NCBI RefSeq assembly: GCF_947498515.1
Contig: NZ_CANMKO010000010.1
Location: 130,137 to 162,136, forward strand
DNA: 32,000 bases
Reading direction: 5' to 3'
From: an uncultured Pelagimonas sp.
GTDB lineage: Bacteria; Pseudomonadota; Alphaproteobacteria; Rhodobacterales; Rhodobacteraceae
Part shown: piece after piece, positions 27,269-32,000 of the stretch
Layout of the letters: each line of letters begins with the position of its first letter
How positions within the stretch are numbered: the first letter of the stretch is position 1
Notes under the pieces: model-generated
The model's database searches: none
Seen by the model: only the letters and a program-made list of their open reading frames with translations
What the model was told of the DNA's origin: nothing
Translations under genes and position numbers: made by a program

Positions 27269-28137
27269 TCGACCCCCAACAGACGGGCGGCATTGCCTTT
27301 GATGATGTCTGGGCGGATCTCATCCTTGATGTTGATTTTCTCGAAATCAGACAACCAGCGCTCCGGTGTGATCATCGGCCAATCAGACCCGAACAAGACC
27401 TTCTTTTTCAGGATAGAATTGCAGTATTTCACCAGAATTTCCGGGAAATACTTCGGGCTCCACCCGCTTAGGTCGATGTAAACATTGGGCTTATGCTGAG
27501 CGACCGCAAGCGCCTCTTCCTGCCAAGGAAAACTTGGATGTGCGAGGATGATTTTCATGTCCGGAAAATCCACCGCAACATCGTCCATATACATCGGGTT
27601 GGAGTATTTCAGACGCATGCCATTGCCCCCGGGCATGCCCGATCCAACTCCGGTTTGGCCGGTGTGAAAGAGTGCAATCCCGCCCTCTTCGGCGATGGCT
27701 TCGTAGAGCTCATAGGCCATGCGATCATTGGGGTAAAACCCCTGCATGGTGGGATGGAACTTGAACCCCTTGATGCCAAAATCTTTCATCAGGCGGCGCG
27801 CTTCGCGGGCCCCTAATTTGCCTTTGTGCGGATCGATCGATGCAAAGGGGATCAGAACGTCATCGTTTTCGGCAGCCAACTCAGCCACTTCTTCGTTCTT
27901 ATAGCGGCGATAGCCCGTTTCACGCTCGGCATCGACCGGGAAGATGACCGCTGCAATGTTTTGCTCGCGGTAGTGGGCGGCGGTTTCAGGGATTGTTGGC
28001 GGGTGCTCCCACGGCGCGCGAAAATACTTGGCCATTGTGGCCTGCAAATCGTCATAGCCGTCATCCGAGTGACAGCCGCAGGGTTCTTCGGCATGGGTGT
28101 GAATATCGATCGCACGGATTTTGGAAAAATCAACCAT
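27265..28137 (-). CDS. Amidohydrolase-2 (ACMSD/metal-dependent hydrolase or decarboxylase) family protein
   Basis: N-terminal metal-binding IDIHTH motif and a TIM-barrel amidohydrolase-like sequence. GAGAGGAAG lies upstream of the ATG. Confidence 0.75.
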   Translation of the reverse strand: MVDFSKIRAIDIHTHAEEPCGCHSDDGYDDLQATMAKYFRAPWEHPPTIPETAAHYREQNIAAVIFPVDAERETGYRRYKNEEVAELAAENDDVLIPFASIDPHKGKLGAREARRLMKDFGIKGFKFHPTMQGFYPNDRMAYELYEAIAEEGGIALFHTGQTGVGSGMPGGNGMRLKYSNPMYMDDVAVDFPDMKIILAHPSFPWQEEALAVAQHKPNVYIDLSGWSPKYFPEILVKYCNSILKKKVLFGSDWPMITPERWLSDFEKINIKDEIRPDIIKGNAARLLGVE

Positions 28138-28148
28138 TGCGCTTCCTC

Positions 28149-29966
28149 TCAGAGTTTCGCAATGCCGCTGGCGGCATCGTCATACAGGCGTTTCAAAAGG
28201 GCCTCACGGCGGGTGAGTACTTTGCGGAAATTGAGGTTGCCCTTGGCGGTCACCTCGGCATCGGTCAGCGACGGAGGCTCGGCCAAAACGATGGCGCGTG
28301 CCACACGGGTCGATGACCCCGAAATGCGCCCTGCCCGTTCGTTCAACCGGTGATGTAATTCCGCCAAAAGCTGCGGACATGTCAGCGCGCCTTCGTCCTC
28401 TTCGTCCGAATACCCGGCCGCCTTTAGGCCATCGCGGTTGGGGAATATCATGACCCCGATTTCATTGCGGTCTTGCCCGGTGACAACAAGGTCTGCCGCC
28501 AACGGCGCAAGGGTCGCCAGCAAATCGATCCGAAGGCCAGCTGCCCGAACCCATGTCCCGGTTAGCAATTTGAAATCTTCGGAAATCCGCCCATCGAAAC
28601 GCATCCCCTTGTTCATGTCCTCCTTGTCGACGAAAACCATCGCATCGCCGGTGATGAAATACCCCTCGTCATCAAAGGCATCTGCGGTTTTGTCGGGGGC
28701 CTCGAAATAGCCGGGCATAACATTGGGGCCTTTGATGCGCATTTCACAGCGCATGTCCGCGTCCGGGATAAGCTTGAGCGTGATGCCAGTCATCGGGACG
28801 CCAACAACACCGGAACGTTCTGTTGGTTCCTGTTGCATCATCGTGGCCGGGGCGGTTTCGGTTAGTCCCCAGCTGGAGGTCATCAAAGGGATTTCACCTT
28901 TGACCTCCATCGCCATTTGTTCAAACCCTTGCCAAACATCCTGCGGAAGCGAAGCCCCCGCATAGAAAATCAGATCCAACTCTTCAAAGAAGCGCCGCTT
29001 TAGCGCGTCGTCCTTTTGCAACGCGTCGAGCAGCATGGAAAATCCGAGCGGCACGTTGAAAACCAATGTCCCTGTTTTCATCGACAGGTTTTCGAGTGTG
29101 CGATCAAACAGACCTTTGACCGGTTTGCCATCGTCGATGTAGAAACTGCCGCCATTGGCCAGCATCATGTTGAAGTTATGTGACCCGCCGAAAACGTGGT
29201 TCCACGGCAACCAATCCATCACACGCGGGGGTCGTTCGCGCAGAAACGGCAATGAATCGGCCAGCTGTGTCTGGTTCACACACATCATGCGCTGGGTCGT
29301 CATCACCCCTTTGGGGGCCGAGGTCGAGCCGCTGGTCATCAGGATTTTGGCAACAGTATCAGGTGTCACCGTAGCGTATGCGGCATCAACATCAACGCCG
29401 CCGTCCCCTTTGATCAGATCATCAAATGCGGTCACGCCCGGGTTGCTTCCGGGGCGGCTGGCAACGATTTCAACACCGTTCAATGCGTCAAGTTTCAACG
29501 CCTCCCCATAATGATCGGCGTCAATCACATAGGCCATCTTGGGATGGATCAGTTCAATCGCGTGCTGCAACCGGCCATGGGCACCGTGGATGAGCGAATA
29601 TTGTTCAGCAACGGGCGCAACGGGAATGCCGACATATTGCGCCGCCAGAGATAGAAGCCCGTGATCAACTCCGTTACCCGACATAATAATAATCGGCGTG
29701 TCAGGCCCCATTCCGCGTGCCAAGAGCGACGCGGCAATTGCGCGGGTTTTTTGTAAGGTTTCAGCATAGCTTTCTTCGCGCCACCCGGCCCCATAGCGTT
29801 CCGCAAGAAAGACTTGCTCGGGGCTTTGGTCGGCCCATTTATGCAACCATTCGCCAGTGTTATTGGCAACCGGACCCAAATCGTAGTCTGATCGCAACAA
29901 CATCGTGCCGTCGGCTCGGGTTTCGCGGGTGACCGAATGCGGTAAAAACTCAGTGGTTCGTATCAT
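28149..29966 (-). CDS. Feruloyl-CoA synthase-like AMP-dependent acyl-CoA ligase
   Basis: AMP-binding motif ILMTSGSTSAPKGV and YFITGD. Its 605-aa length and N-terminus resemble feruloyl/hydroxycinnamoyl-CoA synthases. Confidence 0.75.
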   Translation of the reverse strand: MIRTTEFLPHSVTRETRADGTMLLRSDYDLGPVANNTGEWLHKWADQSPEQVFLAERYGAGWREESYAETLQKTRAIAASLLARGMGPDTPIIIMSGNGVDHGLLSLAAQYVGIPVAPVAEQYSLIHGAHGRLQHAIELIHPKMAYVIDADHYGEALKLDALNGVEIVASRPGSNPGVTAFDDLIKGDGGVDVDAAYATVTPDTVAKILMTSGSTSAPKGVMTTQRMMCVNQTQLADSLPFLRERPPRVMDWLPWNHVFGGSHNFNMMLANGGSFYIDDGKPVKGLFDRTLENLSMKTGTLVFNVPLGFSMLLDALQKDDALKRRFFEELDLIFYAGASLPQDVWQGFEQMAMEVKGEIPLMTSSWGLTETAPATMMQQEPTERSGVVGVPMTGITLKLIPDADMRCEMRIKGPNVMPGYFEAPDKTADAFDDEGYFITGDAMVFVDKEDMNKGMRFDGRISEDFKLLTGTWVRAAGLRIDLLATLAPLAADLVVTGQDRNEIGVMIFPNRDGLKAAGYSDEEDEGALTCPQLLAELHHRLNERAGRISGSSTRVARAIVLAEPPSLTDAEVTAKGNLNFRKVLTRREALLKRLYDDAASGIAKL

Positions 29967-29969
29967 GGT

Positions 29970-30452
29970 TTATCCCCTTCCAGCGCCCTGTTCGATCGCT
30001 CTCATCGCCGCCTCAATGGAGGCCCGCGCATCCTCATTCAAATGCGTCAGCAACCGGTCTTCATGGGCTGTGACCGCGGCAACGGCCTTGTCACACAACT
30101 GCCGACCCGCCAAAGTCGGCTTTAGCGCATAGGCCCGCCGATCTGTCGGAATTCGTTCGCGCAAAATCAAATCACGCCGTTCCAATTCATCAATAATCAC
30201 CACAAGATTTGGGCGTTCGATATCCATCGCTTTGGCAAGTTGTGACTGACGAATGCCGGGATTATCGGTGATCAAAACCAGTGCTGTATAGGTCAGCATT
30301 CGTAGCTCGAACGGCTTTAACGTGCGCACAAGATCGGCTTGAACAACGTTAAACGCCCGCTTCATGTGATAGCCCAAAAACTGACGCAACGTCGCATCGT
30401 TGACGCGGGTCACATCTTGGTTGATTGGGTCGGTTTCCATAGATTTCTTCAT
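29970..30452 (-). CDS. MarR family transcriptional regulator
   Basis: The winged-HTH core QSQLAKAMDIERPNLVVIIDELERRDLILRERIPTDRRAYAL is MarR-typical. Start set at the ATG at 30452 (MKKSMETD), 4 nt after the upstream stop. The ORF-track extension overlaps the hydratase gene. Confidence 0.82.
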   Translation of the reverse strand: MKKSMETDPINQDVTRVNDATLRQFLGYHMKRAFNVVQADLVRTLKPFELRMLTYTALVLITDNPGIRQSQLAKAMDIERPNLVVIIDELERRDLILRERIPTDRRAYALKPTLAGRQLCDKAVAAVTAHEDRLLTHLNEDARASIEAAMRAIEQGAGRG

Positions 30453-30456
30453 CACA

Positions 30457-31224
30457 TCACCGGAATTTTGGGGCGCGTTTTTCAAGGAAAGCACGAAGGC
30501 CTTCCTCGGCATCTGGGGTGGTTTGCGACAGAGCCGCCGCCAAGGATTCCGTGAACAACCCATCGCTGTGCGACATGTCATTGATCCGCGAAATCGATTG
30601 CACCATCAGATAGTTAGACATCGGCGCATTTCTCGAAATCTTGCCCGCCAGGGTTTGGGCCAAATCCTGAGACTCTCCCTCGCCAACCGAATAATGAGCA
30701 AGGCCGAGGGCCAACCCTTCATCCGAGCTATACTTGCGCCCGGTCAGCATCATTTCGGTCATTCTGTCAGGGCCAAGCAATCGCCCAACACGCGCCGTCG
30801 CCCCACCGCCAACAAAGATGCCACGCCGCCCCTCAGGAAGCTGAAAAATAGTCGAGGCTTCGGCAATGCGTACATGTGTGGCCGCCGCAAGCTCTAGCCC
30901 ACCACCAATCACCGCGCCAAACATCGCGGACACAGTGATCAACCCGCCAAACTGGATCTTTTCCATCACCCCATGCCAATGGCGGGAATGATACAGGTTC
31001 TCTTCGGCAGAGCGATGCACATGTTCCGACAGATCAAGCCCAGAGCAAAAATGCCCCTGGACACCCGTAAGAACCACCACCCGAACCCCGTCTGGCGGTG
31101 CAAAGTAAAAGTCCTGAAGCGCAACCAATAACTCTTCGCACATGGCGTTGCGTTTGTCGGGACGGTTCATCGTCAAAGTGGCGATCGCACCATTGATTTC
31201 GACCTTGAGAATGGGGTCAGACAT
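30457..31224 (-). CDS. Enoyl-CoA hydratase/isomerase (crotonase) family protein
   Basis: ATLTMNRPDKRNAM...FCSGLDL...GGGLELA crotonase signatures. Confidence 0.85.
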   Translation of the reverse strand: MSDPILKVEINGAIATLTMNRPDKRNAMCEELLVALQDFYFAPPDGVRVVVLTGVQGHFCSGLDLSEHVHRSAEENLYHSRHWHGVMEKIQFGGLITVSAMFGAVIGGGLELAAATHVRIAEASTIFQLPEGRRGIFVGGGATARVGRLLGPDRMTEMMLTGRKYSSDEGLALGLAHYSVGEGESQDLAQTLAGKISRNAPMSNYLMVQSISRINDMSHSDGLFTESLAAALSQTTPDAEEGLRAFLEKRAPKFR

Positions 31225-31235
31225 AGGAAATTCCC

Positions 31236-32000
31236 TTATCGCGGAGGAAGGCGGGTAGCGCCATCCAACCGGATTGTTGTGCCGTTCAAGAACGGGTTTG
31301 AAACGATGTGCGCCGCCAAAAGCGCATATTCATGCGGATCGCCGAGACGGGCCGGAAACGGGATGTTGGCGGTGATTTTGGCGGTTACGTCGTCGGGCAA
31401 CCCTTCCATCATTGGAGTGTTGAACAGGCCCGGCGCAATTGACATGACGCGGATGCCCAATTGCGCAAATTCACGCGCAGCCGGTAGGCACATGGCGGCA
31501 ATTGCCCCCTTAGACGCGGAATAGGCCGCCTGCCCCAATTGTCCGTCTTCCCAAGCCACCGACGCGGTGTTGATCACAACGCCACGTTCACCATCCGCTA
31601 GTGTCGCACGCTCGGCCATGCGACGTGCCGCATGGCTCATCACGTTATAGGTGCCAAATAGATTGACCCGAAGGGTCTTTTCAAAGACGTCAAAGGACAG
31701 CTTTCCTTCACGCCCAACTATGCGAGCTGCCGTGCCAACACCGGCGCAGCTGATGGCAATCCGCGGGGAAGCGCCAAACTGCTGCTCAACTTGATCAAGT
31801 GCTGCATTCACCGCCGCCTCATCGCTGACATCGGCCTGCACAGCGATACCGCCAATTTCTTCAGCCACGTCACTGGCCCGCTCCAAGTCGAAATCTAGGA
31901 TTGCGACCTTGGCCCCTAGCGCCGCCAGATGCCGAGCGGTCGCAGCCCCAAGGCCACTGCCGCCTCCGGTGACTAATGCGATCTGATTTTCTATCTGCAT
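31236..32000 (-). CDS. SDR family 3-hydroxyacyl-CoA dehydrogenase-like oxidoreductase
   Basis: TGGGSGLG cofactor motif and the YSASK catalytic motif. The ATG lies exactly at the window edge (31998-32000), so upstream context is unseen. Confidence 0.82.
   Translation of the reverse strand: MQIENQIALVTGGGSGLGAATARHLAALGAKVAILDFDLERASDVAEEIGGIAVQADVSDEAAVNAALDQVEQQFGASPRIAISCAGVGTAARIVGREGKLSFDVFEKTLRVNLFGTYNVMSHAARRMAERATLADGERGVVINTASVAWEDGQLGQAAYSASKGAIAAMCLPAAREFAQLGIRVMSIAPGLFNTPMMEGLPDDVTAKITANIPFPARLGDPHEYALLAAHIVSNPFLNGTTIRLDGATRLPPR

Noticed and set aside
26369-27481. 370-aa plus-strand ORF spanning three minus-strand genes
   Set aside because: It lies antisense to the ACAD, DUF3237 and amidohydrolase genes and is R/G/P/H-rich with no motifs. 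This is a typical shadow ORF of GC-rich coding DNA.
1-32000. CRISPR arrays, IS elements with terminal inverted repeats, rRNA genes
   Set aside because: I saw no regularly spaced direct repeats of 24-40 bp, no transposase-like ORFs and no rRNA-like sequence. The only tandem repeat found is the 12-bp hsdS repeat.

Overview
This looks like an alphaproteobacterial (Rhodobacteraceae-like) chromosomal segment, GC-rich by eye, with a horizontally acquired element of about 14 kb in the middle. Left flank (1-10.7 kb) is housekeeping: class V aminotransferase, PTP-type phosphatase coupled to an MsbA-like ABC exporter, GT2 glycosyltransferase, YgfZ-like folate-binding protein, GNAT acetyltransferase, efp, a small unknown gene, a very acidic PopZ/DUF2497-like protein, TolC, pcm and tRNA-Cys(GCA). 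Centre (10724-24757) is an integrative mobilizable element inserted in the 3' end of tRNA-Cys and bounded by 15-bp direct repeats, with every gene on the minus strand. Its genes, in order, are a tyrosine integrase, an unknown ORF, an AlpA-like HTH, a winged-helix protein, MobC and an MbeA-like relaxase. The 3' half of the relaxase gene carries two nested same-strand ORFs with their own SD sequences. Three unknown small genes follow, then a translationally coupled five-gene operon: HTH-hsdM-hsdS-(PrrC-like ATPase/anticodon nuclease)-hsdR. That operon is a type IC restriction-modification system in the E. coli prr arrangement. Its hsdS carries the (TAEL)n 12-bp tandem repeat known to set the recognition-site spacer length. 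Right flank (25.2-32 kb) is a tightly packed minus-strand CoA-dependent (hydroxycinnamate-type) catabolic operon: SDR, enoyl-CoA hydratase, MarR, feruloyl-CoA-synthase-like ligase, amidohydrolase, DUF3237, acyl-CoA dehydrogenase. No CRISPR array, rRNA or IS element was seen. All functional calls rest on motif recognition by eye, not on database searches.
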